64,000 nucleotides of DNA from positions 124,001-188,000 of the forward strand of contig CAUYUJ010000181.1 of the NCBI GenBank assembly GCA_963575745.1, written 5' to 3'. The position numbers and the translations under genes are program-made. A model generated the notes under the pieces. The model did no database searches. It saw only the letters and a program-made list of their open reading frames with translations, and was not told where the DNA came from. This document shows positions 12,101 to 23,147 of this stretch, piece by piece. The first letter of the stretch is position 1; the number at the start of each line of letters is the position of its first letter. The DNA is from Prorocentrum cordatum (lineage: Eukaryota).

Positions 12101-14780
12101 CGCGCCTGTTCGTCTGGACTCCAGGGCCTGGCTTGGAGAGGAGAGGAGTCCTCCTATGAATCTGGCAATCCCACCGGCACGCTTTGTTCTGACTTCTTCT
12201 GTTCAGACCCCTTCTTCCCCCGCGAGACGTTGGAGCGTTTTTTCTACCGAAGGAGTTGGGAGGAGGAGGACGTGAGAGAGCAGGAGAAGGAGGAGGAGGA
12301 GGAGGAGGAGGAAGAAGAGGAGGAGGAGGAGGAGGAGGAGGAAAAGGAGGAGGAGGAGGAGGACGAGCGAGAGAGGAGGGGAGGATGGACTCCAGGACGG
12401 CCTGTCTAGCGCTCCTCCTTCCTTTTCCTTCAAAGGAGGATCATGAGGGTCTGAGCTGGCGCTGACGTGGAACGTGGGAAGCCAGAGACACCAGAGGGGA
12501 AACGCGATCCCCAGGACCCTAGGCCCTGGACCCCTGGTGAGGTCGGAGACATATTGTTTTCCTCCCTCCTCCTCCTCCTCCTCCTCCTCCTCCCTCCCTC
12601 CTCCTCCTCATCTTCCTCGCAGTCATCCTCCTCCCTCCTCCTCCTCTCTCTGCACGCTCCCCCTCCCCTCCCTCCTCCTCCTCCTCCTCCTCCTCCTCCT
12701 CCTCCTCCTCCTCCTCCTCCTCCTCCTCCTCCCCCCCGCCCTTTTCCTCGTCGTCCTCCTCAGGTCCTCCCTCCTCATACTCCTCCTTCATCCTCCCCCT
12801 CTTCCCCCTCGCACTCCTCGTACCCTCCACGTCGCAGAGCCCAGTGCCTGCGCGGCGCTCTCGAAGTACATCTCGTCATGGGCAGGACTGTCAGCCTCCA
12901 GAGCCTCCAGTTGTGCGACGCCACCGCCCATCAAATCTGAGTCTGCCAATTCCATGTCCAGCTCATCAGCGAAGACGTCCACATCTTGGTCCTGCGCTGG
13001 CTGGAGGTCCCGAGGTGACTCCGAATGTTCGCAAGTAAACATGCTCTGGAAACCTGGCACCAACTCTTCCTCCTTGATGCTAGCACTCGTATTGGCCAAG
13101 CCGAGCTCCGCTCCCATATCCGCGGCGAATGAAACGATACTCCTCGCGAACTCCCGAACAAGTGGCCATGAACCGTTTTCAAGCCGGCACTGGTGTAGGA
13201 AGCCATGCAGCTTATGCTGAAAATATGACGCACCAGCTCCCACGGCAACACAGGGCATGGTGTGCAAACTGATCGAGGATGTTATGGTGGTCTCAGCTTT
13301 GGCAATCGCTTCAACCTCGGCCTGAGTGGCATCGCAATCGTCAGTGCCCTGCCGCCGCCGTTGCTGAGCACGTAGTTCGACCAACGTGTCAATCGCCTGC
13401 GACAGCGGCACCAAGTCGTCTTCCAAGACTACTGCGCAAGAACTGATCAACCAGTCGGCACCACATTGCTCACTCGAATCGACCATGAAATATCTCGCTG
13501 GAAGCTTGCCATGGGACTTCGCATCTTGATTCATTCGGCGATGCCACAGCATATAACCAGCGTCGACGGACAGTTGGAAGCGTGACAGGGTTCCAGCTGA
13601 AGGCAGCGGTACATCATGATTTGATATCATGTCGACTATGACGTCAGCAAACTCAGTCGGCAAGGCAATATTGATGGACGCTTGAATTGCTCGGCTAAGT
13701 AAAGAGAAACTCTTGAGGCTTCGTGAGAGAAGAAGGTAACGCAACATGTAAGCCGTCTCAAACACTTGATGGCCCCCACCGCTTGGCCGCAGCGACCCCT
13801 CTTGGCGTTAAACTCGCTGCGCACCTATCAAGCCACATTACCATTTCTTCCAAAGCTGGTCGATCAGACGGGGATGCCGACAAAATGTGAGGGGCCCATT
13901 GTCTCAACATCTTGGATACCCCATCGGCGCGAACTTGCACGTCCAAGATGCTGGAACGTTCGGAGGAGCCAACGACGTGGATGTCAACGTGGTCCCTCAT
14001 CGCCTTCGCGTCCTCGAATATGGCATCGATCTTGGCGTTTCCGCCTCTGGCTTTCGGCTGCAACAGGCCGATGTGGCTGACCGCGCCACCGCAGATCAAA
14101 TCAATTAGCACAGGGTGTGGGAAGTAGGCTGTAAAGCAGAACCCGTCACCACCAAAGTTCACGCCATGCCCTTGCAACCAACAACGGACCGTGTTGGACC
14201 TCGGAGTGGCGGTACCCCCGACCTCTGAGAACAACTGGCCGGCTGGATTCGGCACGTTCATTGAGCCAGTTAGGTCCAGCAAGCGTGTTGAGGATAACCA
14301 AGAAATAGAAGTTAATGTCCTCAAGAGCTTGCTATCTGAATAATCGGACTCGACCCAGCCAACCGGGGATTCGAAGCACATAGCTTCAGAAATGCTGAAA
14401 AACACCTCACGATCGGTAACACTATTTGCTGACAACATGTGGTGCGCCAGTTGATGCCAACGCGTGCACAAGCATAAAGGACCAGAGTACACTTCGCCAG
14501 GCAAAGCAAGCATGATGATACCATAAGCGATCATGTCGCCAGTTGTATCGTTCATTGAATGAAGACGATGAGGACCAACGAGGCCATCGCCTGGCTTGGT
14601 CTCTTTGAAATCAATTGCTGACATGCCCCAGTCATCGCGAACCTTCGCGATGTCCTTTTGAAATATCTTGGGGATCAATTTTGCTGCATCAACTGCGTTC
14701 ACAACGCCACCGCCATCAGCGACACCAGCAGCACGGAGCGCGCGCGTGCGCCTGCTCCTCTGCCTCTGGTTCGCCGCCAT
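6168..14780 (-). CDS. Large (~1810 aa) divergent hAT-like DDE transposase; exons 14780-12848, 11963-11706, 10007-8523, 8109-6967, 6794-6168; one 1-nt frameshift at ~13772-13776
   Basis: Motifs follow hAT order: RYFMVDSS (D ~13480), SFAADMGAE (D ~13120), PGLMHIIHN, VDMRWG, PIVETYIESRH (E ~9224). All four junctions are AG|G and phase 0: ESAAQ|VPGLMH, EILE|VEGPLRAHWD, RPADQ|VTISS, PPPLE|EPPLP. There is a C-terminal QCTCRFH...C motif. Confidence 0.7.
6798..6964. mobile_element. Introner-like foldback MITE forming intron 4 (6966-6795) of the transposase
   Basis: A 167-bp palindrome TAGGGCGACGA...TCGTCGCCCTA whose arms match at 60/72 positions. The 5-bp duplication TCCTC is at 6793-6797 and 6965-6969. 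Confidence 0.85.
10140..10437. repeat. 16-bp minisatellite (GGTCGTGCTGGGGTGT)n in transposase intron 2
   Basis: Visible degenerate tandem units. Confidence 0.9.
10505..11410. mobile_element. Foldback-like element with modular inverted sub-repeats in transposase intron 2
   Basis: GCGTTTCGCTCGAGACATCCTC (10552-10573, about three copies) is inverted to GAGGATGTCTCAGGCGAAACGC (11386-11407, about three copies). Internal ATCATATACAAGGA repeats lie at ~11085-11175. Confidence 0.55.
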
Positions 14781-15832
14781 GGGCGAACATATCAAAAGAG
14801 GAAGCTGCATTAAGCGAAATGCCCACATGATCGTACCTGATCTGATGAGCTGGCGGCGGAGTGTTTGTTGTTCTCTCTGTTGTCGTGATCATGCTTCTCC
14901 TCCATCTCCTCCTCCTCCTCCTCCCCCCTTTTCTTGCCTGCTCACATTCTCCTCTTCCTTCTCCTTTCTCGCCCGTCCGTTCGGAGGCAACTGTTTTATG
15001 GGCGAAGCTCAGATATGCGTTCTCATCACTGACAACACAAGCTTCAAATGTGACGCCAGAGGGAGCGATGCCTAAGTCTGCACATGAATCCACCGGGGCC
15101 CCTGAAAGTCCCCCAAGGCTTGCGAATTCCCCACTTCATCTATGCCTTTTTGCTCGCGTTCGTGCCCGCCAAACCCAAATTCTCCTAATGCGCAGTCAGG
15201 CTACTGAAAGACATGCGAAGGAGGCGAGGACAAAGAGGCGGAGGCTAGGATGCTCAGGCGACGAGGGGGGAGAAGAAGGAAGAGGACGAAGATGAGGATG
15301 AAGATGATCCCGGGGAGAAGGAGGAGGAGTAGACCAGTCCTCGAGGAGGAGGAAGAACACGAGGACGAAGACAGGGGGAGGAGGAGGAGAAGGAGAAAGC
15401 ATAGCATGCAGATGACCCCGAGCTTGCTTGCTTGCACGCGGCTGCTGGACAAGATTACGCAGTACTCCAATGCTCGCAAGAGACATCTAACGCATATGCG
15501 CACCAGCACTCGTGCACGAGGTGACTGACAACACGCTGCACGCGAGCTGAGCAACCCGTCACAGGGTAAAACTGCTAGAAAGATTCACATGTCCGCCGTC
15601 CGCACCGTGCTGGTGCTGCTGCTATGCCAGGTGCGCACGGCTGCGCATCCCGAAGCTCGATGGCTCCGAGGCAGTGCGTGCACATCGGTCCAGAGATACT
15701 AACCCACCGGGAGGAGGAGGAGGAGGAGGCTGCGGGCGAGATAGAAAGCGAAGTGACTTGAAAGTACGACCACTAGGACCAGGGAGGTCCAGATGGTCCA
15801 GAGCACAGGGCTGCAACTCGACTGCTAGAAAC

Positions 15833-16597
15833 TCACGGCGACGGGGGCGGCGGCGGCGGTGGCACCGGTGCGTCACTGAAGTACTTGGCGATGTCTGGCG
15901 GAGGTAGCTCCAGTCGACGTTTCCGCGCGGCGCCCCCCATCCACGCAGGGCAAGGCGAGCCATCTAGGCCATCCTTCCACTCCCCAGCCGCGCCGCGGAA
16001 TGGGCTCGAGCTGTGGTGTAGCTTCGCTATGTTCTTCACCTTGCTGACAATGCTGTGCTCGCGATGGGCACGACGACGTTCGGGGCTCTCACTGTTGACA
16101 ACGATGGTGTCATGCGGCGGCGCCGCCGCCCCCGCTGGCCAGGTCCGCTCCTCCACAGGCTGCTCAGGCGGATGACGCCGCGGGGGCGTCGTCGGCACCC
16201 TGCTGCCCTTCGGCGAACCGCCGCGGCTGCGGCGGCGGCTGTCATTGCGCTTGCGCCCACTGCGGCTGCGGCGGCTGTCCTTGCGCCCACTGCGGCTGCG
16301 GCAGCGGCTGTCCTTGCGCTTGCTGCCCTTGATGCCCTTGCGCTCGCTGTCCTTGCGCTCCCTGTCCTTGCGCTTGATGTCCTTGCGCTCCTTGTCCTTG
16401 TGGCTGTCGTCCTTGCGCTCACTGCCCGTGCGCTGCTGCTCGTCGTACTGAGACTGCAGTTGCTTCGTGCGCAAACGAGCCTTCAGCAACTTCACCTCCG
16501 CCTCCGCCCGCTTCTCCTCGAGCTCAGCTTCGCGCAACTGGTCCGACATCCACAGCTTCGGCATGGCTTTCGCCCGAGGGGCGATTAGAATCACCAT
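15833..16597 (-). CDS. Intronless retrogene: coiled-coil plus RD/RS-rich protein (start at 16597 or 16564)
   Basis: A 254-aa ORF (MPKLWMSDQLREAELEEKRAEAEVKLLKARL...RSRSGRKDSRRSRS) starting 40 nt downstream of a relict SL. Confidence 0.65.
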   Translation of the reverse strand: MVILIAPRAKAMPKLWMSDQLREAELEEKRAEAEVKLLKARLRTKQLQSQYDEQQRTGSERKDDSHKDKERKDIKRKDRERKDSERKGIKGSKRKDSRCRSRSGRKDSRRSRSGRKRNDSRRRSRGGSPKGSRVPTTPPRRHPPEQPVEERTWPAGAAAPPHDTIVVNSESPERRRAHREHSIVSKVKNIAKLHHSSSPFRGAAGEWKDGLDGSPCPAWMGGAARKRRLELPPPDIAKYFSDAPVPPPPPPPSP

Positions 16598-16635
16598 TTA
16601 TTACAATAGCAGCTGCCGACGGCGGACGACGCAGC

Positions 16636-16657
16636 TTTGAGCCAAAACGGCTATGGG
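16636..16657 (-). other. Relict dinoflagellate spliced leader
   Basis: CCCATAGCCGTTTTGGCTCAAA versus DinoSL DCCGTAGCCATTTTGGCTCAAG; 18 of the 21 invariant positions match. Confidence 0.88.
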
Positions 16658-17229
16658 ACGGAGGAGGACCAGGAGGAGGCGGAGGAGGACCAGGAGGCGG
16701 CGCTCAAGAGGGAGAGATGCCTAAGTCTGCACATGAATCCACCGGGGCCCCTGAAAGTCCCCCAAGGCTTGCGAATTCCCCAATTAATCTATGCCTTTTT
16801 GCTCGCGTTCGTGCCCGCCAAACCCAAATTCTCCTAATGCGCAGTCAGGCTACTGAAAGACATGCGAAGGAGGCGAGGACAAAGAGGCGGAGGCTAGGAT
16901 GCTCAGGCGACGAGGGGGGAGAAGAAGGAAGAGGACGAAGATGAGGATGAAGATGATCCCGGGGAGAAGGAGGAGGAGTAGACCAGTCCTCGAGGAGGAG
17001 GAAGAACACGAGGACGAAGACAGGGGGAGGAGGAGGAGAAGGAGAAAGCATAGCATGCAGATGACCCCGAGGAGGAGGAGGAGAATGAGGAGGCTGCGGG
17101 CGAGATAGAAAGCAAAGTGACTTGAAAGTACGAACACTAGGACTAGGGAGGTCCAGATGGTCCAGAGGAGGACGACGGCAGGGAGATGGTGGCCAAATGA
17201 GGCCGACCGAGCACCCCATGCAATTTCAT

Positions 17230-17260
17230 ATCCTCCTCCTCCTCCTCCTCCTCCTCCTCC

Positions 17261-17312
<52 letters not shown>

Positions 17313-17329
17313 CAGCGTCAGCGTCAGCG

Positions 17330-17369
<40 letters not shown>

Positions 17370-17691
17370 AACCATCGTCATCAACATCACCATCGTCGTC
17401 ATCATCATCATCATCATCAGCATCAGCATCATCATCATCACCATAAGCATCAGCATCATCAGCAGCATCAGCATCAGCATCAGCATCAACATCAGCCTCA
17501 TCCTCATCCTCATCCTCATCCTCATCCTCATCCTCATCCTCATCCTCCTCATCCTCATCCTCATCCTCATCCTCATCCTCATCCTGCTCATCCTCATCCT
17601 CATCCTCATCCTCATCCTCATCCTCATCTCCTCCTCCTCCTCCTCCTCCTCCTCCTCCTCCTCATCCTCATCCCATCCTCATCTCCTCATC

Positions 17692-17774
<83 letters not shown>

Positions 17775-18425
17775 TCATCATCCCCCTCCTCCTCATCCTT
17801 CTCATCCTCCTCCCCCTTCCCTTTCTCTTCCTCCCCCTCCTCCTCCCCCTCCCCCCCCCCTTCTCCCCCTACCCCCCTCCTCCTTCTCCTCCACCTCCTC
17901 CTCTGGCGACGACGACGACTACGACGACGACGACGACGACCATCACTGCCACGACGACGCCGACGACCGCAGTCGAAGTCCGGCCGAGGCGGGCGGCGCG
18001 CCGGGGGGGGGTCCTCCGCTGCGGGCGCGGTAGTACTCGGCGGCGGAGGGGGGCACGGACGTGGTGCGGGTCGGCGTGGTGTCCTGCCGCAGGCCGGGCG
18101 CGCCGCTGGGGCAGGGGCCTCTTGCCCTCGGTGCGGCGGCGCGGCGGCGCCTCGCGCGTGCGGCGCGGCCTGCTCACGGGCCCCTGCTCCTCCTCCTCCT
18201 CCTCCTCCTCCTCCTCCTCCTCCTCCTCGTCATCGTTCTCCTCCTCCTCCTCCTCGTCCTCCTCCTCCTCCTCCTCCTCCTCTTCCTCCTCCTCCTCCTT
18301 CTCCTCCTCCTCTCTTCCTCCTCCTCCTCGTCCTCCTCGTGTTCCTCCTCCTTCTCCTTCTCCTTCTCCTCCTCCTCCTCCTCCTTCTCCTCCTCCTCCT
18401 CCTCCTCCTTCTCCTCCTCCTCCCC
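17230..18425. repeat. Compound microsatellite field (CTC)n/(CAT)n/(CATCCT)n
   Basis: Direct inspection. Similar fields are at 20900-21850, 25030-25710, 29340-29640, 46740-47035 and 56480-57850. Confidence 0.95.
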
Positions 18426-19108
18426 TTGAGCTTTGAAGAAATCACGCCCGGAGGTTTTTCGGCATGTTCGGCCCCTGGGGGGGGCCCTCGCCAGCCCTCG
18501 GGACCGTGAGCAAAACGACTCGGGATGAAGAGCGGTCCCGGTTGAGGGGTCGAGACCTCTGGGGGTCGACATCATGACAAAAACACACAACGTCGGGGGT
18601 CTGGGTACACATGCGATACGAAGTCTTGCCGTAATATGTGTAGGGAAACGCCTGTCGTCGAGCGAAGGGGCTTCCTGCGGTGCTCCAGGGCGCCTGGTCC
18701 TCCTCTTCTTCCTCCCCTGCCTCCTCTTCCTCCTCCTCCTCCTCCTCCTCCTCCTCCTCCTCTTCCCCCCCTCCACCTCCTCCTCCCCCCTCTCCACCTC
18801 CTCCTCCCCCTCTCCTCCTCCTCCTCCTCTTCCTCCTCCTCCTCATTATTATCCTCCTCCTCCTCCTCCTCCTCCTCCTCCTCCTCCTCTTCCTCCTATT
18901 CCTTTGAGGGCTACCACGGGGGAGCGGAACTCTCAGTGTGGACGGTACTGGCTGCGCGACGTCTTACTTGATGCGCCCACGTTAGGCGCGGAAGGACCCC
19001 GGGCCCTCAGGCGCCCGACTTGGGGCCGACGCTGGAGTCCCCTCGCCCATGGCCGAGGGCCAGATGGTCTGGATGGGCTGGCTCGGAGGCACGGGCGCCA
19101 AGTACCGA

Positions 19109-19243
19109 CCAGTCATAACTGGGGGAGCTGTGGTCCTTACCCCCCTGGGGCAGCCCATCGCATCGACGATCTCTCGAGAGGGGTGTCGAAATCGATGGGT
19201 CCCCCAGGGGGGTAAGGACCACAGCTCCCCCAGTTGTGGCTGG
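19109..19243. mobile_element. Short MITE-like hairpin with perfect 34-bp arms
   Basis: AACTGGGGGAGCTGTGGTCCTTACCCCCCTGGGG (19117-19150) has an exact reverse complement ending at 19235. Confidence 0.75.
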
Positions 19244-22200
19244 CCTGAAGTGCGCCCCTGAAGCCTTACTCGTCCCTCATCCTTCTGATGCAGTTCGGCT
19301 GAAGGTCAGGACGGTGTCCTGACGTGAGCGAGAAGGCCGACGACCTGGCGCTTCTAGAGAAAGAACAAGCGGCATACACATAAGCTTTCGGAGCTCCGCG
19401 CGGATTTATCGGATCGGCGCTGGACGCCCCTCCATGGCGCGCGCAGCGCGCTGAGGGCGGCGCCGGACGGCACCGAAGTCCCCGTGGGCGAGACAGAGAG
19501 GACACGGAAGGGAACCACATGCCTTTCCAATCCCGCAGGGCTCAAGCACCACAGGCCTGCCCAAAGGCAAAGGGTAGGCACCACATGGCTTCCCGCATCC
19601 TGTGATGCTTGCATTCTACGAATCACCTCAAGTATGAGCTCATTGAGACTTGTGTTCAACAGTCTCCACCTCCTTCTCCTTGTCCTACCCTCCTCGTGCC
19701 CCTCCTCATTGGATCTCGGCGTGATCCTCCTCCCCTCTCTCGACGATCATTCACGACATGATAGCGAGGCCTCCCTCGTCCTCGTCTACATCCTCCTTGT
19801 CTCCCCCTCTGCGTTCTGCGGCTGCTTCTTCCTGCTCCCTCCTCCTCCTCCTGCCCCCCCTCCTCCTCCTCCTCCTCCTCCTCCTCGTCCTCCTCCTCCT
19901 CCTCCTCCTCCTCCTCCTCCTCCTCCTCCTCCTTCCGCATCCTGTGGTAAAAGCGATGGCGTCGGCGGCAGCGGCCGCGATAGAGGTAGGGGGAAGGCGG
20001 AACAGGATGTGGATGGATGGAGTATGAGAAGGACGAGGACGAGAAGATGAGCAGGATGGGAAACAAAAGGTGCAGCAAGAGGATGAGGAGTGGAAGGGAT
20101 AGTGGAGGAATGGAAGATGATACCAGTGCTTACAATAACGATGTGTGTGCGACCCCCCAGCTCCACCCAGAGACTGACTAGGGGCACCTGGGCTCTTAAG
20201 GCTCAAAGACGCGCGCTTGCTGACATTGCGGTGGCGCAGGAGGGGGAGGAAGAGAACACTGCGAAGGGAAATGGGGGGGATGCGGGGAACAAGTGGGATC
20301 AGGAGGACGAGGCGGAGGTGCTGGTCGAGAAACCTCGAACAGGAGGAACAGGAGCGAGAGCAGGGCGCACGGGGAGGCGGAGGAGGAGCAGCCACGGCGA
20401 GGGGCGGGGGATGACGAGGAGGGAGGGCCAGATAGAAGGACGCCGACGTGCAGAGGAGGACTAGGCGGCGGACGAGAAGGACGAAGACGATTGGATGAAG
20501 AACGACGAGAACCAAGAGGAGGAGGAGGAGGAGGAGGAGGAGGAGGAGGAGGAGGAGGAGGAGGAGGAGGAGGAAGAGCAGAGGAGAAGAAAGAGCAGCA
20601 GCAACAGCGTCGGCAGGAATACTGTGAGAATAACTTATGGTGGTGGCTGGCAGAAGGGGTCCTGGAACTTGCCGAAGTCGACTTTATGTCGGCCAGTCTT
20701 CTTGTCCAAGAAGACGCACCTGGCAAACTCCTCACCCGCGGCACGCGGAATGGACCTCGCTCCCACATCCCATGCCGTCCTCCTCCGTTTCATCCACCTC
20801 ATTCTCCTTTCTACCCCTCCTCCACCGCAGCCTATCCCCATCATCCTGGTGCTGCACCTCCACAACTTGCCTGTGTCCACCTCCACCTGTTGCTCTTCCT
20901 CGTCATCATCACCATCATCATCAGCATCATCATCATCATCATCACCATCATCATCACCATCATCAGCAGCATCATCACCGTCATCAGCATCCTCATCATC
21001 ATCATCATCAGCATCATCGTCATAATCATCGTGATCCACTTTCCCCCTCGTCAACACCATCCAGCTATTCGTCCCCATGCCCCGACTCATCCTTTTATCA
21101 ACATCATCTGTCACCGGTGCTTACCATGTTGCCCTCCATCCGTCACTTGTGCCTCGCAACCCTCCCTCCTCCCTCCATCCACTCTCCTCCATCCATCCCT
21201 CCTCCCCCCACACCCTCCCTCCTCCCGTCGCCAAGGCCTCATCATATGAGCCCGCTCCTCGCAATGTGTGCAAGTGTGGTCATCATCTCCTTAACCACTC
21301 CATTATCATCACCACCACCACCATCGTCATCATCATCAACAACATCATCAGCATCAACATTAGCATCAGCATCATCATCGTCATCACCAGCAGCATACTC
21401 ATCATCATCATCATCATCATCATCATGATCATCATCATCATCATCATCATCATCAGCACCGTCAGCATCATCATCAGCAGCACCATCATCAACATCATCA
21501 TCATCCTCATCATCCGCATCATCGTCCTCATTATCATCCTCATCATCAGCATCAGCATCATCAGCATCATCATCGGCAGCAGCAGCATCAGTATTGGCAT
21601 CAGCCTTCTCATCATTGGCATCATTATCAACAACAAAAACAACCAAAACCAATCACATCACAACCATCATCATATCCTGACTCCGCCACCTCCTCCTCGT
21701 CATCATCATCATTACCAACACCTTCATCATCTCATCAGCATCGGCATGACCATCACCATCATCAACAACGACACCATAATCAGCATCAGCATCATAATCA
21801 TCATCAGCATCATCGTCATCATCAGCATCATAATTACCCTCACCAACCGGATCTTAATCCACTAGACTGGCATGCATGCCCTTGCCCCTTGCCATCTTCT
21901 GCCTCCTCATGCTTGTCCTCCTCGTCGTATCTCTCCTCACCCGCTTCGTCCTCATCGTCGGTATGCGCTGCTCCCGCTGCTGCTCCTCTTGCTTCTGGCC
22001 CTCTCCTACTCGTCAACCCCCTTCCTCCCTAATCATGACGACGATTCCTATTCCAACCCCTCTACCAATTCCAACTACTCACCTTGTCAGCCGCCAGCCC
22101 CTCGTTATCCCCCCATGTCAGCCCCATCATCAAATTCTGGGCCCCGTTGACCATCACCATCATCACCATCATTGTCAGTACCAGCATCGGAGCATTCACC

Positions 22201-22976
22201 GCCATCACCAATAACACCGCAATGAGCACCGCCGTCGCTATTGGAATCGCCGTAATCATCAATAGCGCCATTGCAACTCCTCTTATCTTTCGCCTCCTGC
22301 CGCTACTCCTCCTTCTCCCATGCTGTCTCCTCCGCCTTCCCTTGATTATCCTCCTCCGGGTCCCACTCAAAGTCAAATTGCCCGGTATCCCCCTGCTTGT
22401 CCTTCTCGTTGCCCGTGCGCAGAACCTCCATACGCATCAGCATCTGATGCTTCAATCGCAACATCCCAGACCTTGTCCGCCATCTCATTTACCTCCCTCC
22501 CCTCTGCCGGCTCCTCCTGCTGTTCGTCCTCCTGCTGCTATTCCGCTCCCCCACCGTGGCCTGCGTCCTCCTGCTTCTCTCGCTGCTGCTGCTCCTCCTC
22601 GTCCCGCCTTCCTGCTCTCACCTGTCACTTCCTCCATCCTATCTCACCTGGCACCTTCCCACTCCTCCTCCAACCACCTCCTTTTTCCCACGGACCATTC
22701 CCCTCGTCCTTCTCTGCCCCAACTCTCGCTGATCATCCCCCATCACTCGTTCCGCACTCATCGCTCTTCCTTCATCCAGCCTCCCGCACCCTCGTGTCGC
22801 GTCGGTGTCTCCTCCTCTCCACGCTGTGCCGAATGCAACGCGCACTGTGAGATGTGGCGAGCGGATCCGTGCGAAACTGGCATTCGTTGAGCAGGGAACG
22901 CTCGTCACGGTGTTCCTGCAGGCAGACCGCGAAACGCTGCTGGAGCATAAGAACGCTTTCATGGCAAACGCAATTG

Positions 22977-23147
22977 TCCAAGAACTGAACAACCAACGGC
23001 TTACAATCTAAGACAGACATGCTTTTCCAGCACGTATTTTAGACAAGCCGCAGAAGGAAAAGGCAAATTTCCAAGAACTGAATAACCGACGGCTTACAAT
23101 CTAAGACAGACATGCTTTTTCAGCACATACTTTAGACACGCCGCAGC
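22977..23147. repeat. Tandem duplication with a 93-bp period
   Basis: TCCAAGAACTGAA..AACGGCTTACAATCTAAGACAGACATGC starts at both 22977 and 23070. Confidence 0.85.

Larger units (their letters stand above)
15058..17167. repeat. Near-identical direct duplication: block A at 15058-15422 and 16707-17070, block B at ~15709-15802 and ~17070-17167
   Basis: Both A copies read GATGCCTAAGTCTGCACATGAATCC...GCAGATGACCCCGAG. The ORF track shows the same peptide twice. Confidence 0.92.

Noticed and set aside
19266..19830. Possible minus-strand exons (LLNTSLNELILEVIRRMQASQ)
   Set aside because: The fragments are short and could not be assembled into a consistent gene model.
17122..22000. Poly-His/Ile/Ser/Met ORFs
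   Set aside because: These are translations of (CAT)n and (CTC)n microsatellites.
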